Below, piece after piece: positions 37,275 through 45,683 of a DNA stretch of 56,056 bases. This stretch comes from Candidatus Kaiserbacteria bacterium RIFCSPHIGHO2_01_FULL_46_22. GTDB lineage: Bacteria > Patescibacteriota > Minisyncoccia > Phycocordibacterales > UBA918. Under the pieces are notes generated by a model, which was not told the origin of the DNA, searched no databases, and saw nothing but the letters and a program-made list of their open reading frames with translations. Where the stretch lies: positions 148,311 through 204,366 of the forward strand of contig MFKO01000002.1 in assembly GCA_001779595.1 (NCBI GenBank). The letters run 5' to 3'. The translations under genes and the position numbers were made by a program. Every line of letters starts with the position of its first letter. Position 1 is the first letter of the stretch.

Positions 37275-37457
37275 TCATGATCTGCTTCTGTGAGTATCTG
37301 CTAGCGTCAATCCGAGGTGGATCGGCCCTAATAGTGATGCCCCAGCAGCAAATACGATCTTGAGTGCCATCGGTGCCTGATCGGCCCAAATGTAACGCAA
37401 GGTTTCTGTAAATGCGATTATGGAGCAGATGCCCCAGATGGCGATGAACGTTTCCAT
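37275..37457 (-). CDS. Small 2-TM protein A (60 aa)
   Basis: Own TTGACA-17-TATTAT promoter (37521-37493), GAGGG SD, terminator near 37217-37250; paralog of 37820-38041. Confidence 0.7.
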   Translation of the reverse strand: METFIAIWGICSIIAFTETLRYIWADQAPMALKIVFAAGASLLGPIHLGLTLADTHRSRS

Positions 37458-37540
37458 TTTCAAGTCCCTCTGAGTGGAATTTAACTGATTATATAATAGC
37501 ATATTTAAGACTATTTGTCAAGCACAATAGTTTACGTATG

Positions 37541-37576
37541 AAAAACCCCGGCGAACCGCTAGGGTTCTCCGGGGTT
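37541..37576 (-). terminator. Terminator for small ORFs B/C
   Basis: AACCCCGG...CCGGGGTT with inner GAACC/GGTTC; A5 on plus strand gives U tract on minus. Confidence 0.7.
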
Positions 37577-37578
37577 GC

Positions 37579-37800
37579 TTATTGTACTTTGCGTGCTTGT
37601 CGAGCCTTTCTTAACTTACTGCCAAGATGTTGCACATAAGATATGCAGCTTAATGTCAGAAAAAGTGGCCAGGCAAAGAATGACATAACGGCCACTGTGA
37701 CGAGCAACATCCAATTAAGTCGGCCCATCTTGTACGCCATGATGGCAAATACAACAGTGTATAAGACGGAACAAATTATCCACGCGGTCTTATAATCCAT
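37579..37800 (-). CDS. Small 2-TM protein B (73 aa, basic tail)
   Basis: AGGAGG SD; WIICS motif; two hydrophobic segments. Confidence 0.7.
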   Translation of the reverse strand: MDYKTAWIICSVLYTVVFAIMAYKMGRLNWMLLVTVAVMSFFAWPLFLTLSCISYVQHLGSKLRKARQARKVQ

Positions 37801-37819
37801 TTAAGTCCCTCCTGGGCTT

Positions 37820-38041
37820 TTACTTTTTGGGTTTCTTTAGGTTTTCCAGCGCCACGTAAACGTCCGCAAGAAGGATCCCGAGATAGACCGGCCCTGTGGC
37901 CGACAGAAGAATTGCCGTGACGAGCATCACCCCTGAATTCGCGAAAGACTTCCATGTCTCCAGAATGTATCGACACGACCCTGCAAATGCAGTAACAGAG
38001 CAGAGGGCCCAAAGTACCAAGATGAACTCCACGATAGACAT
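37820..38041 (-). CDS. Small 2-TM protein C (73 aa)
   Basis: GAGGTGAGG SD; WALCS...RYI...GPVYLGILLAD matches protein A. Confidence 0.72.
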   Translation of the reverse strand: MSIVEFILVLWALCSVTAFAGSCRYILETWKSFANSGVMLVTAILLSATGPVYLGILLADVYVALENLKKPKK

Positions 38042-38153
38042 TTCCTCACCTCTATCTATATGGCTGACTGGTTAGATTTATATAACTTTTTTTGATTAAG
38101 TCAACCTATGACCGCAATCAGCAATGGTTGTCACACTGTAGTAAAATAGACTT

Positions 38154-39872
38154 ATGACAGGGGATTCCGTACAGCAAATTAAAGATCGTCTATCGATTGT
38201 GGATGTTATTGCGCCTTATGTCGAGTTGCATAAGGCTGGCAAAAATATGAAAGGTAAATCTCCTTTCACCGCAGAAAAAACCCCTTCGTTTTATGTTTCT
38301 CCTGAACGTGGTATGTATTACTGTTTCTCGTCCTCACAAGGCGGCGATATGTTTACATTTGTACAGAAAATGGAAGGTGTAGATTTTAAAGGCGCCCTTA
38401 AGATTCTAGCTGACAGAGCTGGAGTGGAGTTAGTTGCCGAAGACCCGAAGAAGCGTGATCAACGCGATACTTTATATTCAGTAATAGAAGAGGCAACTCG
38501 TTTCTTCGAAAAAAATCTAGCCGACAACAATGTGGCTCTGGATTATGTGCTTGATCGTACCGTTACCAAAGAAACCATAGGCAAATGGCGCATCGGCTAC
38601 GCGCCAGATGAGTGGCGTTCGCTTAAAGAGCATCTAAATAAAAAAGGTTTTGTTGACGATGTGTTGATCGAAGCCGGTCTAGCCAAACGGGCTGACGCTG
38701 GAAAACAGCCATACGATGTTTTTCGTGATCGCATAATGTTTCCGATAATGGACCCTTCCGGTCGTGTAATTGCTTTTTCCGGCCGAATTCTAAAGAAAGA
38801 CACCGATAGCCCAAAGTATGTAAACAGCCCGGAAACTCCGCTCTTTAATAAATCAGAGGTGCTTTTTGGATACGACAAAGCCAAGCACGGCATTCACAAA
38901 TTCGATTTTTCTTTAATTGTAGAAGGACAGTTTGATGTTGTACTTTCTCATCAGGCCGGCTATCACAACGCGGTCGCTGTTTCCGGCACGGCGCTAACGA
39001 TCCATCATCTTTCACTGTTGCAGAGATTATCAAACCGTATTGTATTAGCACTTGATTCAGACAAGGCTGGTATCGCGGCTGTAAAACGTGCTGCCGACGT
39101 GGCGCTCGGTCGAGGTATCGATCTAAAGGTTGCGCGCATAGAAGGCGGAAAAGATCCTGCCGATCTGGTACGAGAAGATCCAAAACTACTGCGCCAATCA
39201 ATCGGCAGAGCCACCCATGTGATTGAGTTTCTACTTAATATTTTGAAAGAAGAAACGAAAGACGCACGTACTTATAAAATGAAGGCGCGCGACGAAATAC
39301 TGCCGTACTTGATATCAATTGATAGCCATATCGAACGCGATCATTTTGCCAACACTGTGGCTGAAGCGGTCGGTACCACCGTTGACGCAATTCGACTTGA
39401 ACTGGCTCGGCTAGAGGAACTGGCTCGACAAAAAAATGAGCGTGGTAATTCACCAAGTGTAATTAATAAAACGGAACCGTTGCAAAAAGCCACCAACGAA
39501 AGCCGGTTAAATAAACTAACAAACTACTTGGCGGTACTAGCTGGCCTTCTACCTATCGAAGAACGTCATATGTTAGAGGAACGGCTGATTGCAATTTCTG
39601 GAGAAACAGCAGACGCAAGGCGTACCCTGATGTCACCCGAAGAACTGAGTGCTCTCACCTTTACTTTGGAACAATATCTGGCAGAAGAAAAACCCCGATA
39701 TGTTCGTGAAGATTGGGAAGGGAAGTTGATTGAGTTAAACCTTAGTATTTTGAAAGAAAAAATTGCCAAAGAGCGCTCGTCACTACTTGAAGCAGAAGCA
39801 AATGGTGATGAAGCAGCTGCATCTTTGCACATTGCGCAGATTGACACATTGCGTTCACAATTGCATTCTTAA
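38154..39872 (+). CDS. dnaG: DNA primase
   Basis: Zn-binding-domain region SPFTAEKTPSF...YYCF, FRDRIMFPI, KYVNSPETP, VEGQFDV, DSDKAG. Confidence 0.97.
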   Translation: MTGDSVQQIKDRLSIVDVIAPYVELHKAGKNMKGKSPFTAEKTPSFYVSPERGMYYCFSSSQGGDMFTFVQKMEGVDFKGALKILADRAGVELVAEDPKKRDQRDTLYSVIEEATRFFEKNLADNNVALDYVLDRTVTKETIGKWRIGYAPDEWRSLKEHLNKKGFVDDVLIEAGLAKRADAGKQPYDVFRDRIMFPIMDPSGRVIAFSGRILKKDTDSPKYVNSPETPLFNKSEVLFGYDKAKHGIHKFDFSLIVEGQFDVVLSHQAGYHNAVAVSGTALTIHHLSLLQRLSNRIVLALDSDKAGIAAVKRAADVALGRGIDLKVARIEGGKDPADLVREDPKLLRQSIGRATHVIEFLLNILKEETKDARTYKMKARDEILPYLISIDSHIERDHFANTVAEAVGTTVDAIRLELARLEELARQKNERGNSPSVINKTEPLQKATNESRLNKLTNYLAVLAGLLPIEERHMLEERLIAISGETADARRTLMSPEELSALTFTLEQYLAEEKPRYVREDWEGKLIELNLSILKEKIAKERSSLLEAEANGDEAAASLHIAQIDTLRSQLHS

Positions 39873-39947
39873 TGTTGTCATCATACCCACAGTCCACTTG
39901 CAAATGAAGGCTTTTAATGTATAGTTGTCGAACTTGTTTATTGATAT

Positions 39948-41237
39948 ATGGTGTCCAAAAAGAAAGCACCTAGGAAGACCTCGAAAAAAACGGTGAAAAA
40001 AACCGTAAAAAAGGCAGGCAAAAAAATGGCCAAAAAAGCTCCAAAGCGAGCCGTGGCAATAAAAAAGAAAGCTGCCAAAAAACCGATCAAGACGCCAAAA
40101 AAAGTAGTTAAAAAACAGCCGGTCAAAAAACCGGTCGTTAAAAAGACACCAAAACAAAACCGACTAGCCCGCGAACAAGAACACAAGGCAAATGACCTGT
40201 TAAAAATGGGACGTGACCGCGGTTACGTTACTTTTGATGATATCCTAAAGTTTTTCCCGAGCGTTGAAAGAGACGTGCCTTTCTTGGAGGAAGTATACGA
40301 CCGTCTTGCTACGGCCAACGTGGATGTACTTTCAAGCGGTGGTCTCTTAGGTAACAACCAGGGTGAAGAGTTATTGGCGCAGAAGAACGCATATCGACGC
40401 GGAGATTCGAGTCACGACTCGATCCAGATGTACCTGCGAGAAATCGGCCAGTACCCACTTTTGACTGCTGTAGAAGAACGAACGCTCGCGAAGCGTATTG
40501 TGGACGGTGATGATGAAGCACGTAACCTTTTAGCGCGCGCCAACTTGCGTCTGGTAGTTTCTATTGCCAAAAAATATGTTGGTCGTTCCCCGGACCTGAC
40601 TTTGCTGGACTTGATTCAGGAAGGAAACCTTGGTCTCTTCAAAGCAGTTGATAAATTCGACTTCACAAAAGGCTTTAAGTTCTCTACTTACGCTACTTGG
40701 TGGATTCGTCAGGCCATCACTCGTGCTTTAGCTGACCAGTCTCGCACTATTCGTATTCCGGTCCACATGGTGGAAACAATGGCTAAATACAAACAGGTAT
40801 CACGCCGTTTGTCTCAAGACTTTGGACGTGATCCGATGCCAGAGGAGATCGCCACTGAAATGGGTGTCGAAGTGGAGAAGATCTATCAGATTGAGAAAAT
40901 CAGTCAGGATACTATTTCATTAGAGTTGCCAGTCGGTGACGACGATGACCGATCACGGTTGTCTGACTTTATTGCCGACGACAAGATTACTTCACCTGAT
41001 CAGGAAGTAGCGCACAGCATTTTGACCGATCAGATTCTAGAAATTTTGGACACTCTGTCTGAGAAGGAAAGAAAGATTTTGGAAATGCGCCACGGTCTAA
41101 TCGACGGCACTTACCACACTCTTGAAGAAGTGGGCGCAGAGTTTGGCGTAACCCGCGAACGTATTCGACAAATCGAAGCTAAGGCTTTGGAAAAGATTCG
41201 CCAGCACGAAAAGGCCAGACGACTGAAAAGCTACTAA
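39948..41237 (+). CDS. rpoD: Primary sigma factor with Lys-rich N-terminal tail
   Basis: [53 protein letters not shown]. Confidence 0.97.
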   Translation: MVSKKKAPRKTSKKTVKKTVKKAGKKMAKKAPKRAVAIKKKAAKKPIKTPKKVVKKQPVKKPVVKKTPKQNRLAREQEHKANDLLKMGRDRGYVTFDDILKFFPSVERDVPFLEEVYDRLATANVDVLSSGGLLGNNQGEELLAQKNAYRRGDSSHDSIQMYLREIGQYPLLTAVEERTLAKRIVDGDDEARNLLARANLRLVVSIAKKYVGRSPDLTLLDLIQEGNLGLFKAVDKFDFTKGFKFSTYATWWIRQAITRALADQSRTIRIPVHMVETMAKYKQVSRRLSQDFGRDPMPEEIATEMGVEVEKIYQIEKISQDTISLELPVGDDDDRSRLSDFIADDKITSPDQEVAHSILTDQILEILDTLSEKERKILEMRHGLIDGTYHTLEEVGAEFGVTRERIRQIEAKALEKIRQHEKARRLKSY

Positions 41238-41251
41238 AAAATATAAAAAGA

Positions 41252-41284
41252 ATGGGCCGCCGCAACTATGTTGCGGCGGCCCAT
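41252..41284. terminator. Bidirectional hairpin between rpoD and transporter
   Basis: ATGGGCCGCCGCAAC-TAT-GTTGCGGCGGCCCAT. Confidence 0.75.
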
Positions 41285-41293
41285 CGTATTTAC

Positions 41294-42445
41294 TTACACA
41301 TGCGGATCGTGGGGCGCCCAACCGATCAGGAAGAGCGACAAGAACCCGACCATATAAGCGATCGGAATGATCCACGACTCCCTCAGGAACACAGCTGTAT
41401 TTCTGATGCGAGGATGGTCGTTCGAGACGGCAACGCCGGCCGAAGATCCGAACCACATCATTGATCCGCCAAAGCCAACGGCGTAGGCAAGCCAGCCCCA
41501 GTCATATCCACCCTGATCCAAGGCAAGCTTAGTCAGAGGAATATTGTCGAACACGCTGGACACGAAGCCTAGCGCGAAGACCATTGAAGGGGAGGCGGGA
41601 GGAAGGGACTTCACCGGCATCAGGCTTGCGGCCAGTACCAGCGAAAGCAGAAACACTGCTCCCTTGGTAGCCTTAGGCACATGATGCCAGTTCGGATTCC
41701 GGTACCACATAGTGCCGATAATGGCGATCCAGACGCCAACAGCGGGGAAGTCCAGCAAGATGTTGGTAGACACAGTTCCTACCAAGATCAGGGCCACTAC
41801 GGCAAGACTGCCGAAGTCGATTGGGCGCTTTTCTGAAGCGTCCTTTGTTATGCGATGCCGCCGGTCCTGCCAAATTGACAAGGGAACGCCAAACACCAAC
41901 AGAGCGACGAATGACGGCAGATATGCATGAGTGACGTCCACCCACGATACACCGTCGATCCACATCATAGTTGTTGTGGTATCGCCGATCACGCTACCGG
42001 CGCCGCCGGCGTTGCTGGCAGCGACGATACCGGCCAGATAACCGACAGTGACCTCGCCTTTATACACGACCGTTGCGATCGACGCACCGATCATGGCAGC
42101 TGCGATATTGTCGAGAAAACCCGACATCGCCCAGACGATAAAAAGGAGTACGAAGCCACCTTTCCAATCGTCCGGCAAAATTGCCGGTACTCGTTCCGCC
42201 AGTCGAGACTGGCGGAAGTGATCGGCCAAGATCTCGAAACCAACAAGTAGCCCGAGCAGATTGGCGACCAGTCGCCATTCATGCCCGAAATGACCGAGCA
42301 GATCCACGTCTTGTGCAAACAACAGTTTGTACAAGACCACAGTGATTAGACCACCGATAGCGATCCGTACATTGTGATGATGGAAGATAGCCACCCCAAT
42401 CAGAGTAGCTGTAAAGATGACGAACTCAAACGGTATTATAGGCAT
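41294..42445 (-). CDS. IT-superfamily (NhaD/ArsB/citrate-transporter-like) permease
   Basis: SGFLDNIAAA, ASNAGGAGSVIGDTTTTMMW, SSVFDNIPLT, GGSMMWFGSSAGVA; multi-TM. Confidence 0.82.
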   Translation of the reverse strand: MPIIPFEFVIFTATLIGVAIFHHHNVRIAIGGLITVVLYKLLFAQDVDLLGHFGHEWRLVANLLGLLVGFEILADHFRQSRLAERVPAILPDDWKGGFVLLFIVWAMSGFLDNIAAAMIGASIATVVYKGEVTVGYLAGIVAASNAGGAGSVIGDTTTTMMWIDGVSWVDVTHAYLPSFVALLVFGVPLSIWQDRRHRITKDASEKRPIDFGSLAVVALILVGTVSTNILLDFPAVGVWIAIIGTMWYRNPNWHHVPKATKGAVFLLSLVLAASLMPVKSLPPASPSMVFALGFVSSVFDNIPLTKLALDQGGYDWGWLAYAVGFGGSMMWFGSSAGVAVSNDHPRIRNTAVFLRESWIIPIAYMVGFLSLFLIGWAPHDPHV

Positions 42446-42473
42446 TTAGCCCTCCTGCGTTGCTGATTTCGGA

Positions 42474-42800
42474 TCACAAGTCACGGAGGCGCTGCTGCAG
42501 CGCCTCCAATTCGCTCATCGACAGCTTGGACAGAGTCAAACTCTGTCCATCAATCGAAGTAATGATACTCGGCCACTTTGTTGAACTGAAGTGGGCACTC
42601 AACTCATGATCAGCGAAGCTGATCATGAACGGAGTGTCGCCAATAGTTGGCAATTTATCAGCCATAAGCTCGTAGCACCGTGAAGCCATGGTCAGCCTTT
42701 CATGTTGTTCTGTATTTGAAAAGCTGTAGCAGACGGACTCTGAGGCCGGATGGCCTTCAGCGTCAAAATGTGGGGCGTGATGCAGTACAAAACGGGACAT
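42474..42800 (-). CDS. Hypothetical protein (108 aa)
   Basis: GAGGAGGAGG SD; TGTTATA promoter-like element upstream. Confidence 0.65.
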   Translation of the reverse strand: MSRFVLHHAPHFDAEGHPASESVCYSFSNTEQHERLTMASRCYELMADKLPTIGDTPFMISFADHELSAHFSSTKWPSIITSIDGQSLTLSKLSMSELEALQQRLRDL

Positions 42801-42854
42801 TTCCTCCTCCTCTGAGTGTTGCTGTAAATGTACAAGCAGCGCGCACTATATAAC

Positions 42855-42882
42855 AAAAAGAGCCCTTAATCAAGGGCTCTTT
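42855..42882 (-). terminator. Terminator after Na+/H+ antiporter
   Basis: AAAGAGCCCTT-AATC-AAGGGCTCTTT with U tract on minus strand. Confidence 0.7.
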
Positions 42883-42903
42883 GAGCGATTTATGTAGTGT
42901 AGA

Positions 42904-45009
42904 TTACTGGGCAGTTTGCTCCATTCGCTCGGTTAGGTGGGCCATCAATTTTGGTGTGATCATCTCCTTTTCGTACAATTCTTTGATAATCGACTCCTCG
43001 GTCTTCAAAAGGCCGCGACCAACCAATGAGCTGTTTAGTGCTTCCACTTCTTCAGGAATGGCTGCTGCCATTTCATTCATCTTGGCCGTAGATCCTTCTT
43101 TGAAGGTGGTGTAGGTATCCACCAAACGCTCGACCGCCTCACTACTTATAAGGTCAGCTGTCACATTAGTCTGCAGATGATGTAGCTCTTTAAGAACCTT
43201 GCGTGCGATAACTGTTTGCGCTCGGTAGTAACGGAATTTATCGATCGCAGTAAAGGTAGCTGTTTTGGGGAAGAAAATACGGCGAAGGAAGTTAGCTAGA
43301 CGCTCAAACACATCCTTGTAGTCAGTCACGTTTGAGTGCACGACTCCGAAGTTGCCTTTTTCTACTTGCTCCATCTGCAGAGTTAGCTTGCTGAGAATTC
43401 GCTTAAATATCTTTTCTGAAATTTCACCATAGGTGTAAAGGTTTTTGAGGAAATATTTTTCAATACCGAGTGCGTGCATACGCAACACTTTGTCTGCCAA
43501 ATGTTCGGTATTGTTATTATTTTTCAGTAATGATCGGCAATTATCCTGCGCACGTCCCAAATCACGACGGTGATTATCAACCATCTTATTGAAGGCTCCT
43601 TCGCTGATATATCCTTTTTCTTTGAAGGTTGAGAGACGGCGCAATATTTCTGAGTGAATGATCGCCTCTGAAAGTGCCTCCTCGACTACCTCGATTTCTG
43701 TGAGCGCATCGAGTTTAAGTTTGCGCATCATCAACCCAATAGTAGTGGCCTTGATAAAGAGAGTGGCGTAAATACAACCAATGGTCAGGCCGAGAATAAA
43801 TTCCTTTGGTGTGAATGTGTACCCCCAATTGGCAAAAGTAAGGTCGTCTGGGATTAAGAGGACCATAGTGATAGCGAGAGCACCGCGCAAGCTACCCCAA
43901 GCCAAAAGGTGTTGCCAAGAGTTTGGAATTTTCTCCTCTATCTTAGTCCAGTTCAACAGCGTAACAATTGGATAAATGGAAACAGCGCGACTCACTGCCA
44001 CCACAAGCACCACAATCACTATTGGCGCCAGCATTGCTTCTAGAGGAATCGATATACTCGTGAATAAAAGACCAATCAATATGAACACAAGCGAATTAGC
44101 CAAGAAAGCAAACTGTCCCCAGAATTTCTCAATAAACTCATCTGCTTTAGGAGAAACCTTAAATCGGCCGTAATTACCAATAACCATTGCGGCTAGGGTG
44201 GTTGAGATTATCGGTGAGAGTTTGACCAGTCCGTCAGTGTGATGTCCCAAGTATTCTGAAATAAGGTCTGTGAAGATAAAAGTGAGGTGGGCACTCACGA
44301 TCATCAAACTGATAGCAACGAATTCGTGAGTCGAAGCCTTTTCAATCATTTTAGAAAAGACACCACCCATAATGATGCCGAAAACGATGCCTCCAATCAC
44401 CATAATCATAAAGGTAATAACGCCTCCTACAATCACACTTGGATCAATCACTGGCAAAGCGATCACGCTTAGTAACACGAAGAAAAACGCTACCGCAGTA
44501 CCGTCGTTAAAAAGACTTTCACCTTCGAAGAGCAGAGTTAGTCGTCGAGGTGCGCCATATTCTTTGAAAAGGGCCAATACTGCGACCGGGTCAGTAGCAG
44601 AAATCAATGCGCCGAAAAGTAGCCAGAGTAGGAATGGTACCTCTATACCAAGCAAGAAGGTGAAGATGCTGTAGAGAGTACCACTAATAAGTAATGAAGA
44701 AACAAGCAGACTGACGACCGACAAGATAGTGATAGACCACTTATTCTCGTAAACCTTACGAATGGACATGTTGTAGGCAGACTCGAAGATCAGGGTCGGC
44801 AAAAGCAGGTAGAAGAGTAGAGCTGGAGTCAATGTGAAGGTTTCCAAAAAGTGGAAAGGTTCCAGAGCAGCAATAGGAACCAGAATCAGACCAACTGCCA
44901 CCAACAAGACTGTGTAGGGTAGCTTGGTGCGCTTAGCTAAGAAGAAAGTCGCTGTGGAAACAATCAGTAGGACAAATAACGCTAAGGCTGATTCTAAAGT
45001 TAGGCCCAT
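42904..45009 (-). CDS. CPA1-family (NhaP-like) Na+/H+ antiporter with cytoplasmic C-terminal domain
   Basis: LLPTLIFESAY, ISATDPVAV, FEGESLFNDG, WGSLRGAL. Confidence 0.92.
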   Translation of the reverse strand: MGLTLESALALFVLLIVSTATFFLAKRTKLPYTVLLVAVGLILVPIAALEPFHFLETFTLTPALLFYLLLPTLIFESAYNMSIRKVYENKWSITILSVVSLLVSSLLISGTLYSIFTFLLGIEVPFLLWLLFGALISATDPVAVLALFKEYGAPRRLTLLFEGESLFNDGTAVAFFFVLLSVIALPVIDPSVIVGGVITFMIMVIGGIVFGIIMGGVFSKMIEKASTHEFVAISLMIVSAHLTFIFTDLISEYLGHHTDGLVKLSPIISTTLAAMVIGNYGRFKVSPKADEFIEKFWGQFAFLANSLVFILIGLLFTSISIPLEAMLAPIVIVVLVVAVSRAVSIYPIVTLLNWTKIEEKIPNSWQHLLAWGSLRGALAITMVLLIPDDLTFANWGYTFTPKEFILGLTIGCIYATLFIKATTIGLMMRKLKLDALTEIEVVEEALSEAIIHSEILRRLSTFKEKGYISEGAFNKMVDNHRRDLGRAQDNCRSLLKNNNNTEHLADKVLRMHALGIEKYFLKNLYTYGEISEKIFKRILSKLTLQMEQVEKGNFGVVHSNVTDYKDVFERLANFLRRIFFPKTATFTAIDKFRYYRAQTVIARKVLKELHHLQTNVTADLISSEAVERLVDTYTTFKEGSTAKMNEMAAAIPEEVEALNSSLVGRGLLKTEESIIKELYEKEMITPKLMAHLTERMEQTAQ

Positions 45010-45119
45010 AAATCTAAGGGATTAAAAAATGTGACAAGCTGTTAATTTAGTACTGATTCTGTCCTAAGGCAAGGGGGCAGACTGCGTATCATCTTAGGCC
45101 TCGTAATAAACCACAATAA

Positions 45120-45599
45120 TTAAAGATCTTCAAGGACTGCTCCGGACGGTGTTTTTAGCCCTAGAAAACGGGCAATAATAATCTTCAGACCTTGTCTTGA
45201 AATGATCCCAATCGGGTGATTTTCGCGATCCACGACCGGAATACGAGCGCGTCGATGTGCGATTGCTGTGGCCGCTATAGTAATAAGACTGTCGTCCAGC
45301 GAAACGGAGGTGAAATCGGCTGACATAAAATCAATGACTGGACGATCTTTAGCTTCCTTAACTGCCGCTTGAAATAGCTTTTCAGTGCCGAGTTGAGACA
45401 TAATTGAATCCCCATCAAGATAGCCGGGCACAATGGCATCGAGTAGATCAACAACCGAAACCTCACCCGAAAGGACGCCATCCTCATCAGTTACGAGCAG
45501 GGTATTGGTTTGGCCGTTTAACATCGCGCGTAGAGCCTCTTCGAAAGTGGCGTCTTCGCTCACAGTCACGGCTGGCTTGACGATATCTTTGACTTCCAT
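45120..45599 (-). CDS. Tandem CBS-domain protein
   Basis: VKPAVTVSEDAT...LLVTDEDGVLSG; IPVVDRENHPIGIIS. Confidence 0.85.
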   Translation of the reverse strand: MEVKDIVKPAVTVSEDATFEEALRAMLNGQTNTLLVTDEDGVLSGEVSVVDLLDAIVPGYLDGDSIMSQLGTEKLFQAAVKEAKDRPVIDFMSADFTSVSLDDSLITIAATAIAHRRARIPVVDRENHPIGIISRQGLKIIIARFLGLKTPSGAVLEDL

Positions 45600-45683
45600 A
45601 CTTAGGTAATGATGCTCCTGCTCCAAACAGCTGTCAATCCCGACAAAACCAGTTAGTGGTTTCAATTATGTATAATGGCCGAT

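Noticed and set aside
39855-40186. Phe-rich minus-strand ORFs
   Set aside because: Antisense mirror of the Lys (AAA) codons in the rpoD tail.
45010-45119. Na+/Li+/fluoride riboswitch upstream of the antiporter
   Set aside because: Only a 6-bp CCTAAG/CTTAGG stem was seen and I could not match the known consensus motifs; an Rfam scan would settle it.
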